DNA from: Candidatus Poribacteria bacterium
GTDB taxonomy: Bacteria > Poribacteria > WGA-4E > WGA-3G
NCBI GenBank assembly: GCA_965215265.1
Contig: OZ244048.1
Location: 4,128,001-4,192,000 of the forward strand
Reading direction: 5' to 3'
DNA: 64,000 nucleotides
Under the pieces are notes generated by a model, which was not told the DNA's origin, did not search any database, and worked only from the letters and a program-made list of their open reading frames with translations. Position 1 is the first letter of the stretch. The number at the start of each line of letters is the position of its first letter. Shown piece after piece: positions 27,677 to 38,504 of the stretch. The translations under genes and the position numbers were made by a program.

Positions 27677-29065
27677 TTATTCTTCAGCGAACTGAGGTCT
27701 TCCGAGTGCATCGGTTCTACCTTGGCGTTTATAATGTGGCAGATGTCCGTCAGCATCGGCTAGGATACGTTCTCGCGCGAGCGAGATGCGCTCAGGGCTC
27801 TGGTCCGCGATGTTGTGCTGACAGGCTACGTCTACCTCCAAATCGAATAGACGTATATCTTGTTGGAAATTGACACTAGAAAAATACCAATTCTTCGCAT
27901 CTTTGTACCAGACAGAGTTGACATAGCGGCAAGTGAGGTATTGACGTGACTCAAAACCGCTTTTGCCTTCAACCAATGGAAGTAGACTTTGCCCTTGAAT
28001 TTCCCCGGCCGGCTCGACTTGGCTGGCGGCAATCACAGTCGCCGGAACATCGAGCGTATAGACGAATTCGTCGCAGGTTGTGCCAGCATTGATACCAGAA
28101 GGATGGCTCACTAATAACGGAATATCCATTGTGCCGGGGTACATAAAGTTGGCGGGTTTGCCAGTGGCTTTATCCGGATTCTCCGCGAAGTTAGTGCCGT
28201 GATCGCTGAGGAAGATAATGAGCGTGTTTTCCCGCAATCCGAGCCGGTCGATAGTATCAACCAATTTTCCGAACCACGTATCAACGAGCGTAACCAGACC
28301 GGCATAGTTTGCTTTGACACTCGGCAGCCGTTCTTCAAGTTCTTCGTCCTTGAGAGCGCCGTAAGGCAAATTGAGACAAATCGGTTCGCGATGTTCGCGG
28401 CTCCCGTAGATATCGTAGTAGTGGATCGGCGCTTCCCACGTTTCGTGAGGAGTAAACCCATCTACATAGAGGTAAAAGGGGGTATTTTTATGATTATGTT
28501 CAACGAATTCTATTGCAGAGCGGAACAAGCGTGCAGCAGGCCACATTTCTTCAGGCCGTTCAGGTTGGACGTTCACAATATGCGCACGAACGCGCTCCGG
28601 ATTCCCCCGGTAGCGCGAGAGCAGCTTCGCATCGGCGTGGGCACCACCGCGGTACCTATCTTCGGCTTGCCCCCTTACAAACTCCCACTGCCGAAACCCA
28701 CGCGTGAAGTTCATCCCAGGCACAAAATAGTGCGGTACATCGGCAAAAAAACCAGTGTGATACCCATTTTGGACGAGAGATTCAGCAATCGCCGGTTCAT
28801 CCGAAGACATGGGCTGCCATCCGGGTGTATAGACATTGTCCCACGGTACCGGTGTATAATTCCGGAAAGGAAAGGCACGTCTGCCGGTATGTAAAGTGCG
28901 GCGCGTCGGAATCGTTGGTAAGCATTCCGGATGCGCGTTCGTAAATCTAACGCTCTCTTTGGCAAACCGTGCTAAATTCGGTGTCTGAATCCAATCGTTG
29001 CCGTAAGGGCTAAGGTAAGCAGTTCGAAGCGTATCTGAAACCACGACGACAATATTCCAACTCAT
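27677..29065 (-). CDS. Sulfatase-like hydrolase (alkaline phosphatase superfamily)
   Basis: VVSDTLR, TPNL..FA, LPTIPTRR..HTGR, TPHE, SDHG. Confidence 0.85.
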   Translation of the reverse strand: MSWNIVVVVSDTLRTAYLSPYGNDWIQTPNLARFAKESVRFTNAHPECLPTIPTRRTLHTGRRAFPFRNYTPVPWDNVYTPGWQPMSSDEPAIAESLVQNGYHTGFFADVPHYFVPGMNFTRGFRQWEFVRGQAEDRYRGGAHADAKLLSRYRGNPERVRAHIVNVQPERPEEMWPAARLFRSAIEFVEHNHKNTPFYLYVDGFTPHETWEAPIHYYDIYGSREHREPICLNLPYGALKDEELEERLPSVKANYAGLVTLVDTWFGKLVDTIDRLGLRENTLIIFLSDHGTNFAENPDKATGKPANFMYPGTMDIPLLVSHPSGINAGTTCDEFVYTLDVPATVIAASQVEPAGEIQGQSLLPLVEGKSGFESRQYLTCRYVNSVWYKDAKNWYFSSVNFQQDIRLFDLEVDVACQHNIADQSPERISLARERILADADGHLPHYKRQGRTDALGRPQFAEE

Positions 29066-29086
29066 CTTTCTGACCTCCTATCTGAA

Positions 29087-29386
29087 TTAAGCCGTATAAT
29101 CAAAAACTAATACATCCTCAACGAGCGGCCGGATGTGCTCACCGGCGACTTGCCGATGAAACGGATGCGGCAAGTAAGCATCTCGCGCAGTCTCATCCGT
29201 AAACCGGACGATGAAACCGTAATCATACCCCTGATTTTTGCCTTCCGGGCTGTTGTTAGTACCAGCAGTAATCGATGTTATCCCCGGAATCTCGCCTGCC
29301 ATTCTCTGCAGTGCCTCGCCCAAACTTTCCAATTGCGTTGACGTAATCCCCGATTTCAACTTGAGTAAGACGATGTGTTCAACCAT
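29087..29386 (-). CDS. Dabb family (stress-responsive A/B barrel) protein
   Basis: HIVLLKLK, IPGI..I.AG.N.SPE, YLPHP.H, VFDY. Confidence 0.85.
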   Translation of the reverse strand: MVEHIVLLKLKSGITSTQLESLGEALQRMAGEIPGITSITAGTNNSPEGKNQGYDYGFIVRFTDETARDAYLPHPFHRQVAGEHIRPLVEDVLVFDYTA

Positions 29387-29633
29387 AATGCTCCCTTTCT
29401 CAGAACAGATGAAAACCAAATTGTATGGAAAATTAAACAAATTTGTTATATAATATATAAGTATCACATAATTCGTGTTTTTTCTCAACTGGTTAAATTT
29501 ATGTGGGAGAAACATTGAATTCTCCGTAATATACTCCGATATGACGGGGCATGAGGGCAAACTCAAGCATTGTCTTGAAAAACCGCAGTGCCCACGTCAT
29601 AAGGTACAAAGGAAAACGAAATGGAGGTCAAAA

Positions 29634-30247
<614 letters not shown>

Positions 30248-30349
30248 TCTGCCAGCGGATTGCTCTATTTGCTGCACAGTATCTACTATCTTGTGAGCCG
30301 AGGTTAGGAAACATCGGCTCACACGCACATCCTGCGTTCTGCCTTGCTC

Positions 30350-31036
30350 ATGAATATTCAGACTGCCGATTTCCAAGATTTCTTGCAACAATTGCCTGAA
30401 AATAGCGTGGATCTGATTTTAACCGATCCGCCATATATTATCAGCCGGTCCACCGGTTTTAAAACCCTCGGACAGAAAAGCGTCGAACGACTTGCGGTGA
30501 GTATGGATTTCGGAGAATGGGACCATGCTCCTGTTGATTTAAACATGCTTTGCCAACAAGGTTACCGGGTTTTGCGCAAAGGCGGTACAATCGCTGTTTT
30601 TTACGACTTGTGGAAAATTACGCCCTTGGCCGAAGCACTGACGCGTGCCGATTTTAAGCAACTCCGGTTTATTGAATGGTTAAAGCTGAATCCGGTACCG
30701 CTCAATAGCCGCTCTAATTACCTCTCAAATAGCCGCGAGATCGCCGTACTAGGCGTGAAAGGCGGCAAACCTACCTTCCATAGTACCTATGATAACGGCG
30801 TATATCGATTTCCTATCCACCGAGAGAAACGGTACCATCCGACACAGAAACCCTTGAAATTAATAAAAGCACTCATTGAGAAACATAGCAACCCGAACGA
30901 TTTAATTGTAGATCCTTTTCTGGGTTCCGGCACAACAGCTGTCGCGGCGATTCAGACAGGACGGCGATTCTCGGGGTGTGATATCAATGCGAAGTACGTC
31001 AAAGTCGCACAGCAGCGAATCCAGGATGCCGTGTAA
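30350..31036 (+). CDS. Orphan DNA methyltransferase, N6-A/N4-C, beta class
   Basis: LILTDPPY ... HPTQKP ... DPFLGSGTT. Confidence 0.9.
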   Translation: MNIQTADFQDFLQQLPENSVDLILTDPPYIISRSTGFKTLGQKSVERLAVSMDFGEWDHAPVDLNMLCQQGYRVLRKGGTIAVFYDLWKITPLAEALTRADFKQLRFIEWLKLNPVPLNSRSNYLSNSREIAVLGVKGGKPTFHSTYDNGVYRFPIHREKRYHPTQKPLKLIKALIEKHSNPNDLIVDPFLGSGTTAVAAIQTGRRFSGCDINAKYVKVAQQRIQDAV

Positions 31037-31183
31037 CCTCTTTTGAGGGGCCCCCTTTAATAACTAACAGATAGTGTGCAAGCATCTAAACCTTTAAACC
31101 TTTCGTGCCGGGGTCTGCGCGGCTACCACGTTCAAACCTGCACAAACTATAAAATCCTCACATTTGCCCGATTTCGTGCAGCA

Positions 31184-31221
31184 CGTGCTGTATCTGCCCT
31201 AAATGGGGCAGATACAGCACG
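31184..31221. repeat. 16-bp inverted repeat (REP-like or terminator)
   Basis: CGTGCTGTATCTGCCC / GGGCAGATACAGCACG. Confidence 0.6.
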
Positions 31222-31374
31222 GTAAGGCGCAGATATGGGACGCGTTTAATGGCACGCTATTTGCACGTATCCCCTTATCAACTAAAGAAAGTATAGCATC
31301 CCGACCGCTGCTAATTACAGCCTAAACCGGTTTGCTTGATTACATACAGTTGCTAATAGGTAGGAGGATTTCTG

Positions 31375-33276
31375 ATGAAGATAAAACCAGTACTCTACAG
31401 AGTGATATTCCTGATTTACACGGTGTTTGTCTTAATTCCGAACAATTTCGCACAAGAAGTTCCGCAGTGGGGTTTGCCTAACAATGCGAAAGCATATCTC
31501 GGATATGGTAAAATAAATGATATAAAATTCTCACCGGACAGCACTCGCCTTGCAGTGGGAAGTACCATGGGGGTGTGGATATATGATGCACGCACCGGTG
31601 AGGAGTTATTCCAATTTACGGAAGAGCCGCATTGCGTCTATAAAGTCGCGTTCTCTCCGGATGGCACTCAGCTTGCGACTGGGGGAACCGATGGAAAAAT
31701 TGAGTTATGGGGGCTGGACACCGGCCGCCAACTATCACTCCATGGTACCCAAATTGAGACAGTATTAGCGTTGCGTTTTTCTTCGGACAGCTCTATGCTT
31801 GCTAGCCAAGGTAGAAACGGACTAATTCAAGTCTGGGATACCAAGACTGGCAACAACTTAGCGAGTATTACAACTTCCATGCCCGGAAGAGCGTTGGCAT
31901 TTTCTCCGGATGGAGAAATACTCGCGAGTATCGGAACAGAGGGCAAAATCCGCTTGTGGCATGCACACACAGGGAATCTTCGTGCTACCCTCAAGGGACA
32001 TAAATCCACGGTCAGCGCGTTGGCATTCTCATCAAACGGGGCAGTACTCGCCAGTAGTGGTCATGGTGAGATTCGTTTGTGGGATATGAAGACTGAAAGC
32101 GCACTCCGCACGTGTAATAGAGATACAAATCTCATCCATGAATTGCTGTTTTCCACTGATGGCAAAACGCTGACCAGTGTAGATAAGTATGGGACGCTAC
32201 GTTTTTGGGAAACTGCCACTGGAAACTTACAGAACACTTTCATGAGACTTTTGGAAATGCCGGATGTCGCTTCGCTCTCGCCGGACGGCACCACTGTCGC
32301 CGCCGGATACGCGGATGGTAGTATTAAATTATGGGATACATCCACGGGACACGAGTTATTCACACGCCTCACAGGGCATATGAGTGCAGTCTCCGTTTTG
32401 GCTTTCGCACCAGACGGAGAAACAGTTGTCTGTGGCAGCAGGAATGGCACATTCCGTACCTGGGATGTCGCAACAGGCACGCAAAAACAGGCAAACTCTT
32501 TAGGGGACACTGATGCAGAATGGATGTTCTCGGTTTCCGCGGATGGTTCTACACTTGCAGGTGTAATACCCTCTGACTCAGAGGCAGAAGGTCAGTTGTG
32601 GCATAAGGCAGCTAGCTGGCAACGTCTATCAATTGCACCGAAACACGAGACAGAGATATCAGGATTAGCGCTCTCTACAGATGGAACACACCTCGCCACC
32701 GCCGGGAAAAATGGCACAATTATTGTGTTGGATGCACGCACCGGCGAGAGACTGTTTACGTTCACAGAGCATATTTACCTCGTGGATGCATTGACGTTTT
32801 CACCAGACGGAACGTTTCTTGCAAGTGGTGACCCGAGCGGCAAAATTGTACTGTGGGATATGCAGCACGGCAAAATTTTGTTGACACTGATACATCCACA
32901 TCATTTTTTCTCTATTTTCGCGATAGCACCGGACCGGAAAACCTTAGCGAGTGTTGGCATGCTTGAAATTAAATTGTGGGATGTCGAAACAGGAAACCTT
33001 ATAGACACCATAAGCACAAATGAAGATAGACTCAGAACTTTGACATTTTCACCCGATGGTAAAACGCTTGTTGGTGGAGGTTTCGGCATCACACTGTGGG
33101 ATGTAGCGAGCGGTAACCGCATAGCTCGGGTAGAAGACCCAGAACTATTGGGAATAATTCAAACATTCGCCTTCTCTCCAGACGGTTCAATATTGGCAAC
33201 GGGGAATCGGAGTGGAATCATTAGTTTGTCTATATGGAACAAAAACGTTGCCGGGGCTCCCTTCATAGATAGATGA
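31375..33276 (+). CDS. Secreted WD40-repeat protein
   Basis: Signal peptide, QWGLP N-terminal motif, about 14 diverged FSPDG..LA.G...I.LWD repeats. Confidence 0.9.
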   Translation: MKIKPVLYRVIFLIYTVFVLIPNNFAQEVPQWGLPNNAKAYLGYGKINDIKFSPDSTRLAVGSTMGVWIYDARTGEELFQFTEEPHCVYKVAFSPDGTQLATGGTDGKIELWGLDTGRQLSLHGTQIETVLALRFSSDSSMLASQGRNGLIQVWDTKTGNNLASITTSMPGRALAFSPDGEILASIGTEGKIRLWHAHTGNLRATLKGHKSTVSALAFSSNGAVLASSGHGEIRLWDMKTESALRTCNRDTNLIHELLFSTDGKTLTSVDKYGTLRFWETATGNLQNTFMRLLEMPDVASLSPDGTTVAAGYADGSIKLWDTSTGHELFTRLTGHMSAVSVLAFAPDGETVVCGSRNGTFRTWDVATGTQKQANSLGDTDAEWMFSVSADGSTLAGVIPSDSEAEGQLWHKAASWQRLSIAPKHETEISGLALSTDGTHLATAGKNGTIIVLDARTGERLFTFTEHIYLVDALTFSPDGTFLASGDPSGKIVLWDMQHGKILLTLIHPHHFFSIFAIAPDRKTLASVGMLEIKLWDVETGNLIDTISTNEDRLRTLTFSPDGKTLVGGGFGITLWDVASGNRIARVEDPELLGIIQTFAFSPDGSILATGNRSGIISLSIWNKNVAGAPFIDR

Positions 33277-33330
33277 TGCGAGTCCTTTCGACATACGTCA
33301 TCATCTCATAATTGAGACAATAAAGAGGTA

Positions 33331-33615
33331 TTAATAGATAATACACGCACCCCCAGCACAGACACTCCCAGTTTTCTGTGTCATATCACCCGAAAAATTA
33401 TCCGCCTCACCGGCTTCAAACTCCGATAAAAGTTCTGCTGCTTCATTTGTCGGTTTTGATAAACTCAGCTGCAGCGTATCATTTTGTATGAAACTGACTG
33501 TGCACCCGGAGAATAGCACCGCGATGCACAGCACAGTCATTAAAAAAAGGACGGATGCTCCGGTGCGGAGGGGTCCGTATATTAAGCATGCATATTTGCA
33601 AGCACTGTTTTTCAT
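33331..33615 (-). CDS. Small putative lipoprotein ending CAGGAC
   Basis: Hydrophobic stretch and LFSGC lipobox; starts 3 nt after the DUF362 stop. Confidence 0.5.
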   Translation of the reverse strand: MKNSACKYACLIYGPLRTGASVLFLMTVLCIAVLFSGCTVSFIQNDTLQLSLSKPTNEAAELLSEFEAGEADNFSGDMTQKTGSVCAGGACIIY

Positions 33616-33618
33616 GAT

Positions 33619-34743
33619 TTAAACCTCAACTGTCTGAAGCTCAACTTCGTCTAGTTTATTGCTGCCTAAGCCAAGTCCGCTTGCAGCATTGATATGGCCA
33701 GCCAATTTAGAGACGGAATTTAAATCCATTTCCTCACGTTTTTGGTTCACAGTCTGAAGGACAAGTACGTCGAGGATCACTGGGTCAGCACTGACAAAGA
33801 GCGTATTAAAACGCCACGTGCTGTCGGCGTGGTAGATTGGCCCGTGGTCGAAGGACGCTACGAGTCCATCAACGATATTTAGGATGAGTTTTTCCTTCAG
33901 TACCTTCTGTTCGAGGATCTCGCCGATGGCAGGATTGCAATAGATAGGCTTGGCGTGGAAGCGCCGGGTGTTATCAACACTCCCGAAGGCTAGATTTTTT
34001 AGACATCCGCTCACCCCAGCTATTGCGTGATGTTTCAACACCGGCACGTTAATCAGCACGTCTACCTCTTGCGTTACAATCCGGGAGTAACGGGAACGGA
34101 TGCTTCCGTTTTCTCTACGTGTAAAACTGTCTTTTTCGGATTCATAAAAGAACGCGTCGTCGTATCCGATGCCCTCGGTATCCGAAGCGATAATTCGTAC
34201 ATCCGCTTCATCTTGTCTTATCGGATAGCCGGCGTTAAGGAGATGTTCTGCAAATCGATCCCAGATAATAACCTGCTTTCTGAGAACGCCCGCACCGTAA
34301 AGCCCTTCAATAATTTTATCCACGATGATAGCATGTGTGCTGAGTTCAGGTCCGCCGAGGGGATTAATTTTGATTCCGACAATATCGTCCGGAAATACGA
34401 TGGCCCGCCACGCTTCTTTGGCGGAATCGCGTCCAGTAAGTTTTATCATCGCCTGATCGAGCAATTCGCCGACAGCCTCTTCATCGAGCCGGTCGTTCAC
34501 CCAAAGTTGTTGACCGATCGCTTCAACAACCGGGGTCGCAGGTTGTACCTCACCGGTCTCATCGGCATGTTGTCCGCTGACTTGCGCGACCGCCGGTAAC
34601 GTGCTGAGGGTAACTGCCCCACCGATCGCCCCAAGCCGATTTAAGAATTGCCGGCGGTTGAAGGTATGAGGCAGCTGCTCCTGCCCTGCCGCTGCTCTAC
34701 TATCAGTGATAATGTCGGCTGTAACCTGATCAAAAACTTTCAT
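33619..34743 (-). CDS. DUF362 domain protein with Tat signal
   Basis: NRRQFL twin-arginine; VGIKIN, INVPVLKHH..GVSGCLKN, DPV.LD. Confidence 0.85.
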   Translation of the reverse strand: MKVFDQVTADIITDSRAAAGQEQLPHTFNRRQFLNRLGAIGGAVTLSTLPAVAQVSGQHADETGEVQPATPVVEAIGQQLWVNDRLDEEAVGELLDQAMIKLTGRDSAKEAWRAIVFPDDIVGIKINPLGGPELSTHAIIVDKIIEGLYGAGVLRKQVIIWDRFAEHLLNAGYPIRQDEADVRIIASDTEGIGYDDAFFYESEKDSFTRRENGSIRSRYSRIVTQEVDVLINVPVLKHHAIAGVSGCLKNLAFGSVDNTRRFHAKPIYCNPAIGEILEQKVLKEKLILNIVDGLVASFDHGPIYHADSTWRFNTLFVSADPVILDVLVLQTVNQKREEMDLNSVSKLAGHINAASGLGLGSNKLDEVELQTVEV

Positions 34744-34889
34744 CGATTTATTGTCTCCTATAGGAGAAGGCAGCGGGACACTGATATTCAGATTTTGCGT
34801 CCCCCGGTTCGGTTAGCTCGGTTTACGGTGAACATCTTTGCCTTTCGCACTTATATCTTCGTGAATCGCTGCCTACTACTTACAACGTT

Positions 34890-36005
34890 TTAGAGTTTGC
34901 CTAACTCATCAAGAATCTGAGCCGGTTGGATCCTGCCTCCTAATCGAACATCAACGAACTTCCAACCAATTTTCCCATCCTGTGTTAGGATATAGGTAGT
35001 TGGACGCGCAATTCTGTTATTGAATGCATCTACGACGTTATAGTCAGAAATAGTTGTTCGCTTTGCATCAGCGAGGACCGGAAATTTGAGACCGCGGTTT
35101 TGAACCGTCCTTTTGGTGTCGGCTTCGTTATCGGAGCTGATGACGATGAGCTCTGCACCGGCGGCTTGAATCGCATCGTAGTTTTGTTGCAACTCACCGA
35201 GTTGCGCTACACAAAACGGTCACCACCCGCCACGGTAGAATATGAGCACCACCTTTTTCTCTCCGGTGTAATCCGCGAGGGCATGAAGCGTCCCATTGCC
35301 ATCCGGCAGCTCAAACGCCGGAGCGTCACTGCCCAGCCTTAACCCTTCCCCCGGTTCCAACGGTTCTACTTGCGGCAGCGGAGTCAGTTCAATATCCAAT
35401 TCAAACGTCGTAGATACCGGTATCGGTTGCAAAGTGACTTCCTGGTTTTCGTACCCTTCATGCACGATTGTCAACGTAAACGTTTGTTCAACCGGCAGGT
35501 TCTCAAAGGTGAAAACACCCCTACCCGTAGTCAATCCTTGGTAATCTTTTCCGGCTCCATCGGAAAGTTGGAGCTGAACTTCGGCAATCGGCTCTCCTGT
35601 GCCAGCATTAATCAAACGCCCGCGCAGGTGCGAAACAGGCATCTCCAACATTTCAAGCGCGACGCTCTCCAACGAAACGACTTGCCCGGCCACCACAGTA
35701 ACGTTTACCTGTTTTGATTCGTAGCCTTTCGCTGAGAATTGGAGCGTGTAGGCACCCGCTTCAATTGCAGCGAGCTTGTAACTTCCGAACACCTCAGTTT
35801 GCGCGACAACGCTACCTGCTTTTAAAAGACGGACCTGGACAGCCACACCTTCAATTGATTGAACCTCTCCACGGAGTATGCCTGTCGAAGATGTTTGTGG
35901 GGCTTCACTCTCTTTTTCTTCACCAACCGGATTCTCTGTTGTGCTACAATTCAATCCAGCCAACAGAATAATCGCTAAGATAAAGATAGTTTGTATCTGT
36001 TTCAT
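34890..36005 (-). CDS. Selenoprotein: lipoprotein with two carboxypeptidase-regulatory-like domains + AhpC/TSA peroxiredoxin-like domain (UxxC)
   Basis: FYRGGW-TGA-PFC continues in frame to 34890; SECIS-like hairpin directly downstream of the UGA. Confidence 0.85.
35181..35217 (-). promoter_or_regulatory. Bacterial SECIS element
   Basis: GTTTTGT..GCAACTC-GGT-GAGTTGC..ACAAAAC immediately 3' of the UGA at 35222-35220. Confidence 0.75.
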
Positions 36006-36040
36006 AATTGATTGATTCCCTTAATTCCGTAAATTTAACT

Positions 36041-36832
36041 TTACAGTCCTAGTTTAATTCGTCCCCAGGCGACTGTGAGTTTATCAATAGGTTCAACCGC
36101 AGCGGCAACTTGGATGCCATTGTTCATGATGGTTGCCATCTCATCTTCATCTAAAGCAACATCAAAAAGAGCGACATCATCAATAATGCCGGCGGTGTAC
36201 CTGTCGTAGTGCCGGCCGATGTGTAGCACACCTTCGCTGGTGCCGTAGCCATCTTTTGTGTTGAAAGCAATTTCGCCTTCCATCTTGCCATCAATCCACA
36301 ACGAAGCCATACCCGTATCTGCATCCGCTCTTCCTACGATAAAATGCCATTTGTCATCGCCGATAAATGTGGTTCCGTCCGCCCGGAAACTGGTTGAAGC
36401 ATTATCGCGTAAGTAGAGGGTTACCTTATTCCGGGATCCGTCATCCCATAGCAGATACCAGGGGAGGGCTTGTGAGGTATCCTCATAATTTTTTCCGACG
36501 AGCGAACCGCCCACTTTGCTACCTTTAAAATGAAGTGTAATCGTAAAGGAGGTCCCCGCCTTAAACCCGACAGTTTGTGAGTGCGGCACCTCAACCCAAT
36601 TATCAACACCGTCAAATTCAAGCGCTTTTCCAAATTTCCCATCTACCCATTTAGCACCATGGATGTCACCATCATTGCCTTGTTCTGAGGAATCCTTAGC
36701 GACATTCCCTTTGCCTTCATCAAAAAGCCACATCCCCATGATATTCTGGCTATCAATCTTCGCAACGCTGTACGGAACGATCAACCAACATAGAGCGATG
36801 AAACTTATAAACCCTATTCGTATTATACGCAT
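36041..36832 (-). CDS. LamG-like jellyroll secreted protein with 'KLTVAWGRIK' tail
   Basis: W.FDEG.G..AKDSS, GKFGKALEFDG, WHF, G.IDDVALF. Confidence 0.9.
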   Translation of the reverse strand: MRIIRIGFISFIALCWLIVPYSVAKIDSQNIMGMWLFDEGKGNVAKDSSEQGNDGDIHGAKWVDGKFGKALEFDGVDNWVEVPHSQTVGFKAGTSFTITLHFKGSKVGGSLVGKNYEDTSQALPWYLLWDDGSRNKVTLYLRDNASTSFRADGTTFIGDDKWHFIVGRADADTGMASLWIDGKMEGEIAFNTKDGYGTSEGVLHIGRHYDRYTAGIIDDVALFDVALDEDEMATIMNNGIQVAAAVEPIDKLTVAWGRIKLGL

Positions 36833-37166
36833 GACTTTTTATCCTCCTAAATCGGATTTCGATTTTTTTTGTGACGTATAGAACTCACGCAAAAACTAAA
36901 ACGACTATATCATTAAGTTCGCATCTGTTGCAGCGTAGTAACCACGTTCACTTGGGCATAGAGATATTATATCACATTATGCTACTAAAAAAACATTCTA
37001 TATTATTAGACGATTTTAAGATGTATTCGTTGAAGTGCTAGTGGTTTTCACAGCAGCACGCGCGCCTCTGATTTGTTATTGATGAGAGGACGCTGCTTTT
37101 TCCAGTTGCTCAACATCTGGTTTTACGGTACTTCTTGACTGTTTTCGTCAAAAACGCTATCATTAA

Positions 37167-37475
37167 TTGCCTGAGAAAAAGTGGACGTATCTTGCAGCAA
37201 CCTACGATGGACGCACCATGAAACTCTACTACGACGGTGAAGTGAAGGTTGAAGTCGATGCCAAAGGAAAGATTGATACCAACGATGTACCCGTCTCCAT
37301 CGGCAGAAATAGCGAAGGCAATCGAGAACACTACATCGGCCTCATTGATGACGTGGCTATCTGGAGTGTGGCATTGGATGACGCTGAAGTTAACCAAGCC
37401 ATGGAACGGGTTTTCCCCGTTGAGGCGTTGGATAAACTGTCCATAAGGTGGGGTGACTTAAAAAGTCGCTTTTAA
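37167..37475 (+). pseudogene. C-terminal fragment of a LamG-like protein
   Basis: WTYLAATYDG..GLIDDVAIW..KLSIRWGDLK with no N-terminal half, signal peptide or RBS. Confidence 0.65.
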
Positions 37476-37519
37476 GGCAGCAAGTCCCTTTTTCAGACTT
37501 ATTTTGTAAATTAATGTAA

Positions 37520-37558
37520 ATGGAGTCGGTTCATTTTATTAAAATGCACCGACTCCAT
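37520..37558. terminator. Hairpin between convergent genes
   Basis: ATGGAGTCGGT..CATTTT/AAAATG..ACCGACTCCAT. Confidence 0.55.
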
Positions 37559-37564
37559 CCATTC

Positions 37565-38275
37565 TTATAGTCCGCGGATAGACAGACCAGAAAGCGTCTC
37601 AAAAAGTTCGGAGAACTTATCGATGACGTGTCCATTCCAATTTTCAACATCCGGGCGGTGTACATCGTAGACATCGGTTAAATCGGCCCGTTTCAGGATT
37701 GGGAGCATGCCTGCAGCAGCGGCACCTGTCAATTCTTTGCTACTTCCATCACCAACATAGATGCATTCTTCTGGTTTTACCTTCAGTCGTTCACATGCTG
37801 TCTGATAGATGCCGAATGAAGGTTTCTTGATGCCTTCTACACAAGAATAAACAGCGATATCAATGAATTGTGCCAAGGGCGATTGGGGGAAAAGCGACGG
37901 AACGGCTGAACTACAGTTCGTGATAAGCCCCAGAGACCAACCGCGGCGCTTTAGCTGATCCAACACTTTCAAAACCTCTCGCCCGGGGACCAGTGAAGTC
38001 CGCGTGAATTCATACTTCAGACTGACAGCCCGCTGAATTTGCTTCGTACCGACTTTAACATTTAAACGGCCACATACTTCAACAAGATTATCTTCATCGG
38101 AATTATGGCCCCCTAAATGTCTATCATTGATAGTTTCCCCCATGACTCGCCAAAATTCTGGATACGGAACATTAAAAACCCTTGCCATCTGAACATAGAC
38201 CTGATCAGACGCGTGGCGACTGAAATTTGGAACCAACGTCCCAAACAGATCGAAGATAATGGCTGTATACGGCAT
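37565..38275 (-). CDS. HAD-superfamily hydrolase
   Basis: FDLFGTL, ITN, KKP, YVGDG...EL.GA. Confidence 0.9.
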   Translation of the reverse strand: MPYTAIIFDLFGTLVPNFSRHASDQVYVQMARVFNVPYPEFWRVMGETINDRHLGGHNSDEDNLVEVCGRLNVKVGTKQIQRAVSLKYEFTRTSLVPGREVLKVLDQLKRRGWSLGLITNCSSAVPSLFPQSPLAQFIDIAVYSCVEGIKKPSFGIYQTACERLKVKPEECIYVGDGSSKELTGAAAAGMLPILKRADLTDVYDVHRPDVENWNGHVIDKFSELFETLSGLSIRGL

Positions 38276-38504
38276 TCTCCCTCCAATTATCTACCAAGTG
38301 TCCAAACTGTCGTTATATCCGGAAAATCTGATTTATATAATAGCACATCCAAAATCTCGTATGCAATAGCAATAGAAACGTGGAATAGATTTTTGTTGAA
38401 TGGAAAAGCAAATGACGGTAAAATGAATGCTGTATTTAATAGACCGATTCGCTTTAGGATAAAGGTTGGATATAAGTTGCAACACCGAAGCAGGAGGGAA
38501 AATT

